Positions 9,937-17,555 are shown, numbered from the stretch's first letter. The stretch: 64,000 nucleotides of DNA from Candidatus Magasanikiibacteriota bacterium (GCA_963802255.1 CAWDHY010000001.1:107274-171273); one strand, 5' to 3'. The notes: generated by a model not told the origin, from the sequence alone. Numbers and translations: made by a program.

Positions 9937-10515
9937 ATGAGAAAATATGAGCTATTGCTAGTTTTGCCTGGAACGCTTGATGAAAAAGAAGCGGAGGCCA
10001 AAACAAAAGAAGTAATGGACATTGTCAATGAATTCGGTCAGGAGGCGGACGTGAATGTGATGGGAAAAAATCGTTTGGCGTATCCGATAATGCAAGTACG
10101 TTATGGCTATTTTTATACAGTTGTCTTTTCCGCTGAACCGGAAAATGTGAAGAAGATTGAAGAGAAATTAAAATTGAGTCGCGGGTTACTTCGTGGGATC
10201 GTTACTCATTTTAATAAAGCGGTAGTCGGGTCTCAAAAAATTACATATTTTAATAATGAAGTGCCGCAGGATGAACAGGCACGGACTATTGTTATTGACA
10301 AGACGGAAGAGCAGGATATGGAATCGGAGCCAGTCCTAGAGTCGACGCCGGAGAACGCCACTGAGACGGTAGAACCAATTAGTGAAAATCCGGCTGAAAT
10401 TGAGCAGGAAATGATTGAGAAACCGAAACCACCAGTGAGAGCGAAAACACTTGATTTGAAAGACATTGATAAAAAATTAGATGAAATTTTGGCCGACGAT
10501 AGTATAAATATCTAA
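9937..10515 (+). CDS. rpsF: 30S ribosomal protein S6 with a long acidic C-terminal extension
   Basis: N-terminus MRKYELLLVL..DEKEAEA; classic rpsF-ssb-rpsR synteny. Confidence 0.85.
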   Translation: MRKYELLLVLPGTLDEKEAEAKTKEVMDIVNEFGQEADVNVMGKNRLAYPIMQVRYGYFYTVVFSAEPENVKKIEEKLKLSRGLLRGIVTHFNKAVVGSQKITYFNNEVPQDEQARTIVIDKTEEQDMESEPVLESTPENATETVEPISENPAEIEQEMIEKPKPPVRAKTLDLKDIDKKLDEILADDSINI

Positions 10516-10585
10516 ATAAACTAATGTTATTACCGCGAATTTTTCTTCGCCGGTTGGCGGAGTAAATTCAGAACTATATATTTCT

Positions 10586-11023
10586 ATGGATTTAAATAAA
10601 GTGATGATCATCGGCAATATGACCCGTGATCCGGAAGTGCGTACCACTCCAACTGGCCGTTCAGTAGCTTCTTTTAGTATTGCGACCAATCGTATCTGGA
10701 CGGACGCTAATGGGCAAAAACAAAAGCAGGCAGAATTTCATAATATTGTATTTTGGGCGAAATTAGCAGATATTGCCGGGCAATATCTGAAAAAAGGACA
10801 GAAAGTTTATGTGGAGGGGCGTCTGCAGACTCGCGAATGGACGGGCCAAGATGGCATCAAGCGATATCGCACGGAAATTATCGGTGAAAATATGATAATG
10901 CTTTCGGCTAAACAAGGCGGTGGTGGTGAATGGAGCGGAGGCGGAAATACACCGGCCACGGCAGAAGAGCCAATGGGGGAAGTGTCTGAAGAAGAGATAA
11001 AAGTTGAAGATATTCCTTTTTAA
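10586..11023 (+). CDS. ssb: single-stranded DNA-binding protein
   Basis: OB-fold N-terminus, Gly-rich linker, acidic tail ending DIPF. Confidence 0.9.
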   Translation: MDLNKVMIIGNMTRDPEVRTTPTGRSVASFSIATNRIWTDANGQKQKQAEFHNIVFWAKLADIAGQYLKKGQKVYVEGRLQTREWTGQDGIKRYRTEIIGENMIMLSAKQGGGGEWSGGGNTPATAEEPMGEVSEEEIKVEDIPF

Positions 11024-11046
11024 TCAATATTTATTTTTGTTCAATT

Positions 11047-11271
11047 ATGAATTCTACGAAAGTACAAGTAAGCAAGGCATGTCATTACTGTGTGAACAAC
11101 AAGACTGCGGTTGATTATAAGGATGTCGTCAATCTTCGTCGTTTTGTTTCTTCATATATGAAGATAGCGCCCAGACGAAGAAGCGGATTGTGCGCTAAAC
11201 ATCAGCGACAGGTGTCAAGCGCGATAAAGCGCGCGCGACAGGCCTCGCTTATGCCTTTTATACCAAAGTAA
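11047..11271 (+). CDS. rpsR: 30S ribosomal protein S18
   Basis: conserved S18 core (YKDV..LRRF..KI.PRR.SGLC.KHQR). Confidence 0.9.
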   Translation: MNSTKVQVSKACHYCVNNKTAVDYKDVVNLRRFVSSYMKIAPRRRSGLCAKHQRQVSSAIKRARQASLMPFIPK

Positions 11272-11277
11272 AAAAGA

Positions 11278-11305
11278 TTACCCCGCACCTGCGGGGTAAT
11301 TTAAT
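11278..11305 (+). terminator. hairpin attaccccgc-acct-gcggggtaat after rpsR (weak T-tract)
   Basis: 10-bp perfect stem; downstream tract TTAATAAT is only partly U-rich. Confidence 0.4.
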
Positions 11306-11308
11306 AAT

Positions 11309-12346
11309 ATGTCAACCTGGTCTGATTTAAAAAATAATCCGCGTCTTCACGAAATTTACAAAAAGCGTTTAGAAATAACCCATCTAATACGCAATTTTTT
11401 TTGGTCTGAAGATTTTCAGGAAGCGGAAACACCAGTCGCCTTAAGATTACCCGGACAGGAGCCGTATTTAAATCCTATTCAGGTTCTGATTCATGATCCG
11501 CACTGTGTTGAGAATAAATTTTATCTGCAAACATCCCCTGAATTTGCCATGAAAAAATTATTGGCCGCGGGTTATGACAAAATTTTTCAGATATGTAAAT
11601 GCTTCCGGGATTTCGAACAATTCGGCGGCAATCACAACACTGAATTTACTATGATTGAATGGTACCGCGCGCCGGGAACTTTTGAAGAAATAATGGATGA
11701 TACGGAAAAATTATTTAAATATGTGGCAGCTGAGTTAAAGGTGAAAAGTGTGAAGTACAAAGATAGAGAAGTCGATATTTCAGGTGGATGGGAAAGGATG
11801 AGTATGCGTGAGGTATGGAAAAAATATTTAAATGTTGAATTAGATGAATATTTGAAAAGTGAAACGATAGCGGAGTTGGCGCGAGAGCAAGGGTATGTGG
11901 CCGAAGAAAAAGAGGCGTATGAAGACTTATTTTACAAATTATTTTTAAATGAAATTGAACCAAAGCTTGGAGTGGAAAAGCCGATAATGATTTATGATTA
12001 TCCTGAACAGATGACGTCGCTTTCACGAATATCAAAAAATGATTCACGTTATGCTGAGAGATTTGAACTGTATATTGCAGGTTTGGAATTGGCCAACGCA
12101 TTCGGTGAAATAGTTGACCCGATCGAACAAAAAAAACGGCTTGAAGCAGACAAAAATAAGCGAAAAGAGCTGGGTAAAGAGATTTGGCCGGTAGACCCAG
12201 ATTTTATTTCCGCTCTTGAATCAGGTATCGTGAGTGCCGGTGGAATCGCCCTTGGTCTTGATCGGATGATAATGCTTTTTACCGGGGCAAATGACATAAA
12301 TGAAGTGATTTTTCAGGCCGTGGGCGACCTGATAGGAAATGAGTAA
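11309..12346 (+). CDS. epmA: EF-P lysine34--(R)-beta-lysine ligase EpmA (PoxA/GenX, truncated class II LysRS paralog)
   Basis: class II aaRS catalytic core (motif 2 FTMIEWYRA, motif 3 region) without an anticodon-binding domain; about 345 aa; located next to efp. Confidence 0.65.
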   Translation: MSTWSDLKNNPRLHEIYKKRLEITHLIRNFFWSEDFQEAETPVALRLPGQEPYLNPIQVLIHDPHCVENKFYLQTSPEFAMKKLLAAGYDKIFQICKCFRDFEQFGGNHNTEFTMIEWYRAPGTFEEIMDDTEKLFKYVAAELKVKSVKYKDREVDISGGWERMSMREVWKKYLNVELDEYLKSETIAELAREQGYVAEEKEAYEDLFYKLFLNEIEPKLGVEKPIMIYDYPEQMTSLSRISKNDSRYAERFELYIAGLELANAFGEIVDPIEQKKRLEADKNKRKELGKEIWPVDPDFISALESGIVSAGGIALGLDRMIMLFTGANDINEVIFQAVGDLIGNE

Positions 12347-12465
12347 TTGGATGGCGTATAATTAGTTGTTCTTTTTATAAATACAATATATTTGGATCAG
12401 AGTTTATAACTAACAAGTGGCCCGTGACTAATATGGTTGCGGCGTCTGCAACGAAGGAGGCCTTT

Positions 12466-12654
12466 ATGGAAACTATTATTGCTATTATAATATTTTTGGT
12501 CATAATTGGATCGTTGGCCGACAGCTCGAGTAAGAAGAAAAATACCTGCAGGCGGCCCTCTATACCTGCCCCCAAAAATCGTGAATATCGCCCTGATCCG
12601 AAGTGTGACATTTGCCATGATTCACCGTGTAGTTGTAGTGCCCTGGATAGCTAG
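12466..12654 (+). CDS. small membrane-anchored Cys-rich peptide (62 aa)
   Basis: strong SD AAGGAGG 6 nt upstream of ATG 12466; TM helix IIAIIIFLVIIGSL; tail with CRRP...CDICHDSPCSCS; hairpin plus T-run downstream. Confidence 0.4.
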   Translation: METIIAIIIFLVIIGSLADSSSKKKNTCRRPSIPAPKNREYRPDPKCDICHDSPCSCSALDS

Positions 12655-12688
12655 CAGGATCAATAAGGTGGTCGTTGGTAACTTCAAC

Positions 12689-12727
12689 AGGCGAGCGCGC
12701 TTCTCAACGCCCGCCTTTTTTCTTTAA
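12689..12727 (+). terminator. GC-rich imperfect hairpin followed by TTTTTTTCTTT
   Basis: ggcgagcgcgc...gcccgcc then T-tract. Confidence 0.3.
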
Positions 12728-12767
12728 AATATAGATCGGTTTCAATTTGCATGGGTCTTACGTCTGA

Positions 12768-12796
12768 TTGACATCTTTGTAAATTTTCGCTAAAAT
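12768..12796 (+). promoter_or_regulatory. sigma70-like promoter for efp (TTGACA, 17-nt spacer, TAAAAT)
   Basis: -35 at 12768-12773 and -10 at 12791-12796, about 30 nt upstream of the efp ATG. Confidence 0.55.
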
Positions 12797-12826
12797 CCCG
12801 CTGTCTTGAATTTTAATTAAAGATAT

Positions 12827-13387
12827 ATGGCCTCAACATCAGAAATAAGAAAAGGCGTGGTTATCCGCCACCAAAATAATTTATTCGTTGTCGTTGAATT
12901 TCAACATGTTAATCCGGGCAAGGGTGCAGCTTTTGTACGCACTCGCATGAAGTCTCTTGCCACCGGCAAGGTGATGGAAATTACCTATAAAACTGTTGAA
13001 TCAGTGGATATTGTATCGGTTGATTTTATGACTATGCAGTATCTTTACAAAACCGGCGACAATTATGCGTTTATGAATATGCAGTCATATGAACAGATTG
13101 AAATGAACGGAGATTTGGCCGGCGATGACGCAAAATATTTAAAAGAAGGACTGGAGGTAATTGTCGGTATGTATAATGGCCAGCCGGTTAGTATCCAACT
13201 CCCGAAAAAAGTTCAATACAAAGTGGTTGAAGCGCCACCTGCGGTAAAAGGAGACAGTGCCTCAGGAAATGTTACCAAGGAAGTTATTTTGGAGAACGGT
13301 TTGCATGTCGCGGCTCCGATATTTATTAAAGAAGGTGAAGATATTTTGGTTAATACTGAGACAGGTGAGTATTCGGCCAGAGCGTAA
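12827..13387 (+). CDS. efp: translation elongation factor P
   Basis: N-terminal KOW domain with loop NPGKGAAFVRT (the modifiable Lys in PGKG); three-domain length. Confidence 0.9.
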   Translation: MASTSEIRKGVVIRHQNNLFVVVEFQHVNPGKGAAFVRTRMKSLATGKVMEITYKTVESVDIVSVDFMTMQYLYKTGDNYAFMNMQSYEQIEMNGDLAGDDAKYLKEGLEVIVGMYNGQPVSIQLPKKVQYKVVEAPPAVKGDSASGNVTKEVILENGLHVAAPIFIKEGEDILVNTETGEYSARA

Positions 13388-13395
13388 AGTTTTAA

Positions 13396-13431
13396 TAAAA
13401 AACACCCCGACTATTTTCGGGGTGTTTTTTA
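13396..13431. terminator. bidirectional intrinsic terminator (acaccccga / tcggggtgt, A-tract and T-tract on either side)
   Basis: 9-bp stem flanked by AAAAA and TTTTTT; placed between convergent genes. Confidence 0.65.
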
Positions 13432-13438
13432 AATTTTT

Positions 13439-13645
13439 CTACCAATCATTTTTTGCACTATCGTCGTCATCATCATCATCATCATCTTCCTCCTCGTCGT
13501 CTTCTTCGAGGGCGGTGATTTCTTCCTCTTCCTCTTCATCTTTTTCTCCGGCTGTTTCATGGAACCCCACCATTTCCTCTTCTTTCTCATCTTCAACTAA
13601 GCCGTCATTTTCGCTGTCAAACTCGTCGATGTTGTTACTCGTCAT
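13439..13645 (-). CDS. small extremely acidic protein (68 aa, about 55% Asp/Glu, poly-D/E tail)
   Basis: ATG start; ends at the bidirectional terminator; the overlapping + strand ORF is a poly-Ser antisense artefact. Confidence 0.4.
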   Translation of the reverse strand: MTSNNIDEFDSENDGLVEDEKEEEMVGFHETAGEKDEEEEEEITALEEDDEEEDDDDDDDDDSAKNDW

Positions 13646-13724
13646 AGCTTGTATAAAAGCTTAAAAATAATTAATAAATTTTTCCAGCATAATAGCATGG
13701 AAATAAAAAATTGTCAATATTATA

Positions 13725-14018
13725 TTAGCGGAAAAATATATACCAGACAAGAAATATCTGAATAGCCAGAATTGCGGCAAGTGGCGCCTGAAAACTTATT
13801 TTTTTAGTTTTATGACGAAAAATTTTCATGCCGGCAAGGGCGCCCAATGATCCGCCTATTAGTGCTAAAATAAGGAGTGTTTTTTCGCTGATACGCCTGG
13901 CGCCGGTGATGCCTGATTTGGATTTATCAAGACCATATATTAAGAAGGCCGTCAGATTAAGGGCCGCAAGATAGGCTATTATTACCCAATGATAAATAGT
14001 GAATGTTATCTGATTCAT
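13725..14018 (-). CDS. DUF1294-family small membrane protein
   Basis: pattern LIYGLDKSKSG..RISEKTLLILALIGGSLGALAGMKIFRHKTKK matches DUF1294. Confidence 0.55.
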   Translation of the reverse strand: MNQITFTIYHWVIIAYLAALNLTAFLIYGLDKSKSGITGARRISEKTLLILALIGGSLGALAGMKIFRHKTKKISFQAPLAAILAIQIFLVWYIFFR

Positions 14019-14207
14019 ATTGATACCATTATATCAAAATATTCGTTGTTTATAAATATTGACTAATTATTTGTATTTTTGTAATATATCTCCACAATAA
14101 TACTGCCAGAGATGTTATCTGGTAATGCGGGTATCATATATGGCAAAAAGCATATATGACACCCTCGTTCGGAAATGTAAAAACTTTGTTTTTCCATTTC
14201 GCTCGTT

Positions 14208-14279
14208 GCGGGTATCATATAACGGCTATTATCCCAGTTTTCCAAACTGGTGACAGGGGTTCGACTCCCCTTACCCGCT
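14208..14279 (+). tRNA. tRNA-Gly (anticodon TCC)
   Basis: cloverleaf with acceptor GCGGGTA/TACCCGC, anticodon loop UUUCCAA, T-loop TTCGACT; a 14-nt copy of its 5' end (gcgggtatcatata) lies 81 nt upstream at 14127-14140. Confidence 0.85.
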
Positions 14280-14280
14280 C

Positions 14281-14314
14281 AAAAATAATCAGGGCTGAAA
14301 GCCCTGATTATTTT
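14281..14314 (+). terminator. hairpin aatcagggc-tgaa-gccctgatt followed by ATTTTT
   Basis: 9-bp perfect stem plus U-tract directly after the tRNA. Confidence 0.55.
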
Positions 14315-14320
14315 TGAATG

Positions 14321-14486
14321 TAGTGAAGGGAGTCGAACGGGCAGAAGCGAGACGCGAAGTTTTTGCGGAAGCAAAAACAAGTTGGCGAGAGTCGTCGGAC
14401 TGCCAGTGGCAGTCCGACGCTGCCCAGGACAAGGAGACGAGACGGTTGCGGCCGGCGAGGCGACGAGGAACTCCCCTTACCGCTCA
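14321..14486 (+). repeat. family-A tRNA-appended structured element, copy 1 (candidate ncRNA or miniature mobile element)
   Basis: roughly 80-90% identical by eye to the reverse complement of 24536-24698; 5' end gggagtcgaac is the reverse complement of the tRNA-Gly(TCC) T-loop region; 3' end ctccccttaccgctca copies the tRNA 3' end; internal hairpins show compensatory changes between copies; flanked by terminators. Confidence 0.6.
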
Positions 14487-14488
14487 AA

Positions 14489-14517
14489 ACACACAGACGC
14501 CAGACTGTGTGTTTTTA
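14489..14517 (+). terminator. hairpin acacacag-acgccaga-ctgtgtgt followed by TTTTT
   Basis: 8-bp stem plus T-run directly after the element. Confidence 0.55.
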
Positions 14518-14548
14518 TTCGTCGTTTAGTGATATTATATATCATAAT

Positions 14549-17074
14549 ATGCAGTTATCTATTACATCTCAAACAATTGATTGGCTATATAAGCGTTTTG
14601 AAACTTCAGAGCAGGGATTGTTGCCGACTGAAGCCGAACTCCGCCGAAAAAAATATGGCTTGAATGAATTATCGGCTAAAGAGATAAAGTGGTGGCATAT
14701 TTTAGGCCGTCAATTTAGGTCGCCTTTTATTTATTTGTTAATTTTTGCCGCAAGTTTGGCGCTTGTGATGAGAGAATTAATTGATGGTTTAATGATTTTG
14801 GTCTTCGTGATGATAAACGCTACCTTAGGGTTTGCGGAAGAATATCATTCAGAAAGATCTTTGCGCCTGTTAAAAAAGTTTGTAGTAACGAAAGCGCGCG
14901 TCAGGCGCCACGGCCATGAAATGCTGGTTGATTCATGTCTTCTTGTACCCGGCGATGTCGTTCTTATTGAAACGGGCGATGTGGTGCCGGCAGATTTACG
15001 TTTTATTATTACAAATGGGCTTTCAATTGACGAGTCGGTTATTACAGGAGAGTCGGCACCTCAAAATAAATCTGTTGCGACTTTAAAGCACGAAGCTAAA
15101 CAATTGAGTGATGCGACAAATTTTGGTTTTATGAGTACAGTTGTTTCTGCCGGAAAGGGTGTCGGTGTGGTTGTTAACACCGGAAAAGATACCGCGGTTG
15201 GGGGAATGGCAAAATTGACATCGGAAACTGAACGTAAAAGTTCTTTTGAAAAAGGTATCGCCAGATTCAGTTCATTCATATTGCGAATGGTTGTTCTAAT
15301 AATCGTATTGTTATTCGCGGCCAATATCATTATTAAAGGGCCGGAAGCTGATTTGGGTAATTTATTATTGTTTTCTATAGCACTTGCGGTTAGTGTTATT
15401 CCGGAAGCATTACCTCTAGTTACTACATTATCTCTCTCCCGGGGAGCTTTACGTATGGCAAAAGGAAGCGTTGTAGTTAAACGCTTGTCTGCGGTTGAAG
15501 ATCTGGGTAGCATAGAAGTTTTGTGTACTGATAAAACCGGAACAATAACGGAAAATAAATTGGTGGTGAAAGAAGTGTATTCCAAGGACGAAAGAGCGTG
15601 TTTGTTGAGCGCTGGTGCGGCATCGTCATTTATTGGTGAGGGGAAGCAGGAACCAAATAATGCATTTGATTTGGCCATCTGGAATAATTTAATTGCCACG
15701 GAGAAGAAAAGCGTACTGAAGTGTGGCCGGATAAATGAAATGCCGTTTGATCCTGCCAGGCGCAGAAATAGCGTGGTGGTGAAGAACAATGGCGGCTGCC
15801 GGTTAATTGTACGGGGCGCCGCTGAATCGGTACTGCCTCTTTGCGAACATTTAGGGAATGGGGAATTAAAAAGGATACTGAAATGGGTTGCGGATAAAGG
15901 TGTGGAAGGTTGCCGCACAATAGTTGTGGCTGAGAAAAAATGTGAAGAGATGATTTCCTATGATGACGGGGCTGAAAAAAAATTGATATTTATCGGAGCA
16001 ATCGCTTTTGACGATCCGATAAAGTCGTCAACAATTTCCGCTATTGAAAAAGCTAGACGCCTGGGCGTTCAAGTTAAAATACTAACCGGCGATAGCCGGG
16101 AAGTGGCCGGCGCCGTGGCGCTAAAAGTTGGTTTAATTGATGACGCAAGCAAAATTATCACAGGAGAAGAAATTGATGTTTTACCGGAAAAAAAGCGTGC
16201 CGCGGTGATATTCGAAAATAGCGTTTTTGCCAGAGTTTCTCCGGAGCAGAAATACCGGATTATTGAAGTACTCCAAAGCAAACATGAAGTTGGCTTTTTA
16301 GGAGAAGGTATCAATGACGCGCCGGCGCTAAAATTGGCCAATGTTGCCTTAGCGGTTAACAGTGCGTCGGATATCGCGCGGGAAGCATCAGACATAGTAT
16401 TGCTTCATTCAAGTTTGGCGGTAATTATTGACGGGATAAAAAATGGCCGGGAGGTTTTTGCTAATACGGTGAAATATTTAAAGGTCACTTTAGTTTCAAA
16501 TTTTGGAAATTTTTATGCTATTGCCGCCGCGTCTCTGATCGTGCCTTTTCTGCCGATGTTGCCGGTTCAAATATTGCTTCTTAATTTGCTGTCTGATTTT
16601 CCGATGGTTGCAATCGCCACTGATAAAGTGGACAAAGAGGAACTGCGGCGGCCACGTTCGTATAATATCCGCGAGGTTGTTCTGATGGCTATTATTTTAG
16701 GTTTAGTCAGTACGATATTTGATTTTATATTTTTTGCAATATTTTTTCACCGCGAACCAGCTGTACTGCAAGCAGGGTGGTTTATCGGCAGCGTATTAAC
16801 CGAATTAATTTTAATATATTCTATTCGAACGCGGCTGGCTTTTTGGAAGGCAAAAATGCCCTCTTGGCCGCTTCTCATATTAACTGTTTCGGCTGTAATA
16901 TTCTCCGTGTTTTTACCACTTTCACATTTTGGCCGGTCCATTTTTAAATTTGGCATATTGTCACTGCGGGATATTTTCACGATATTAATCGTTGTTTTTA
17001 TCTACTTTATTATCACCGAACTATTGAAGCGTATATATTATGCAAAAATAGGTAACGGAAAATTAGCCGCTTGA
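14549..17074 (+). CDS. cation-transporting P-type ATPase (P2/P3-like, Mg2+/Ca2+ type)
   Basis: phosphorylation motif CTDKTGTITENK, TGES-like region, hinge GEGINDAPAL, ten predicted TM helices. The track ORF begins at 14363 inside the element; the first ATG with the conserved N-terminus is at 14549. Confidence 0.85.
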   Translation: MQLSITSQTIDWLYKRFETSEQGLLPTEAELRRKKYGLNELSAKEIKWWHILGRQFRSPFIYLLIFAASLALVMRELIDGLMILVFVMINATLGFAEEYHSERSLRLLKKFVVTKARVRRHGHEMLVDSCLLVPGDVVLIETGDVVPADLRFIITNGLSIDESVITGESAPQNKSVATLKHEAKQLSDATNFGFMSTVVSAGKGVGVVVNTGKDTAVGGMAKLTSETERKSSFEKGIARFSSFILRMVVLIIVLLFAANIIIKGPEADLGNLLLFSIALAVSVIPEALPLVTTLSLSRGALRMAKGSVVVKRLSAVEDLGSIEVLCTDKTGTITENKLVVKEVYSKDERACLLSAGAASSFIGEGKQEPNNAFDLAIWNNLIATEKKSVLKCGRINEMPFDPARRRNSVVVKNNGGCRLIVRGAAESVLPLCEHLGNGELKRILKWVADKGVEGCRTIVVAEKKCEEMISYDDGAEKKLIFIGAIAFDDPIKSSTISAIEKARRLGVQVKILTGDSREVAGAVALKVGLIDDASKIITGEEIDVLPEKKRAAVIFENSVFARVSPEQKYRIIEVLQSKHEVGFLGEGINDAPALKLANVALAVNSASDIAREASDIVLLHSSLAVIIDGIKNGREVFANTVKYLKVTLVSNFGNFYAIAAASLIVPFLPMLPVQILLLNLLSDFPMVAIATDKVDKEELRRPRSYNIREVVLMAIILGLVSTIFDFIFFAIFFHREPAVLQAGWFIGSVLTELILIYSIRTRLAFWKAKMPSWPLLILTVSAVIFSVFLPLSHFGRSIFKFGILSLRDIFTILIVVFIYFIITELLKRIYYAKIGNGKLAA

Positions 17075-17081
17075 TCGTTTC

Positions 17082-17110
17082 TTGACAAAATGGAGTTATT
17101 TTTGTACAAT
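17082..17110 (+). promoter_or_regulatory. sigma70-like promoter (TTGACA, 17-nt spacer, TACAAT) driving the tRNA-Gly(GCC)/tRNA-fMet cluster
   Basis: -35 at 17082-17087 and -10 at 17105-17110, just after the ATPase stop. Confidence 0.5.
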
Positions 17111-17138
17111 GTTGACACAAATACAGAGTAAATATCGC

Positions 17139-17360
17139 GCGGGTATGCTCAGGTATAGCCGCGTCGCTCGGAAACAATGAACGAGCTAGCTTATTCATTG
17201 TGTTCCTCACTCGCGGGTATACTCAGGTATATCCGCTCATTCGGAGAAAGTATACGAGTTTGCTCGTCTACTCTGCTCCTCATTTCGCGGGTATACTAAG
17301 GTATACCCACTCATTCGCGGAAAATGTCAAAATAAATTTTGCCACTTTGCCGCTCATTTC
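17139..17360 (+). repeat. three degenerate ~74-nt tandem pseudo-copies of the tRNA-Gly(GCC) 5' region
   Basis: gcgggtat(g/a)ct(c/a)aggtata recurs at 17139, 17213 and 17287 with a 74-nt period, each preceded by ctca(t)ttc as at the real tRNA; each unit begins with a hairpin gggtatac..gtataccc. Confidence 0.6.
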
Positions 17361-17432
17361 GCGGGTATAGTACAACGGTTAGTATACGTCCTTGCCAAGG
17401 ATGAGATGGCGGTTCGATTCCGCTTACCCGCT
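17361..17432 (+). tRNA. tRNA-Gly (anticodon GCC)
   Basis: cloverleaf; anticodon loop UUGCCAA; T-loop TTCGATT; acceptor GCGGGTA/TACCCGC. Confidence 0.85.
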
Positions 17433-17472
17433 CTGAATATTATTGCGGATACTTGTCCGCGATAATATTCAG
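17433..17472. other. 17-bp inverted repeat hairpin (ctgaatattattgcgga / tccgcgataatattcag) between the two tRNAs
   Basis: near-perfect 40-nt palindrome with no U-tract; likely a processing or spacer structure. Confidence 0.5.
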
Positions 17473-17482
17473 GGGAAAATAT

Positions 17483-17555
17483 AGCGGGGTAGAGCAATTG
17501 GCAGCTCGTCGGGCTCATAACCCGAAGGTTCCCGGTTCAAGTCCGGGCCCCGCAA
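17483..17555 (+). tRNA. initiator tRNA-fMet (anticodon CAT) with an A1xA72 mismatch
   Basis: three consecutive G:C pairs 29-31:39-41 in the anticodon stem, loop CUCAUAA, unpaired 1:72, discriminator A; no encoded CCA. Confidence 0.8.

Noticed and set aside
13257-13664. 135-aa + strand ORF containing a poly-Ser tract
   Set aside because: It is the mirror image (TCx antisense of GAx codons) of the poly-D/E ORF on the minus strand and runs through the efp terminator. Low-complexity antisense artefact.
14314-14529. Two 71-aa ORFs (14314..14529 + and 24489..24704 -) with conserved peptide ERAEAR.EVF.EAKTSWRES.DC.WQS.AAQ.KE
   Set aside because: The protein-level similarity merely reflects ~85% nucleotide identity of the family-A elements. 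Substitutions follow RNA-helix compensation (paired changes), not codon conservation. One starts at TTG. Both are flanked by terminators and tRNA-derived termini.
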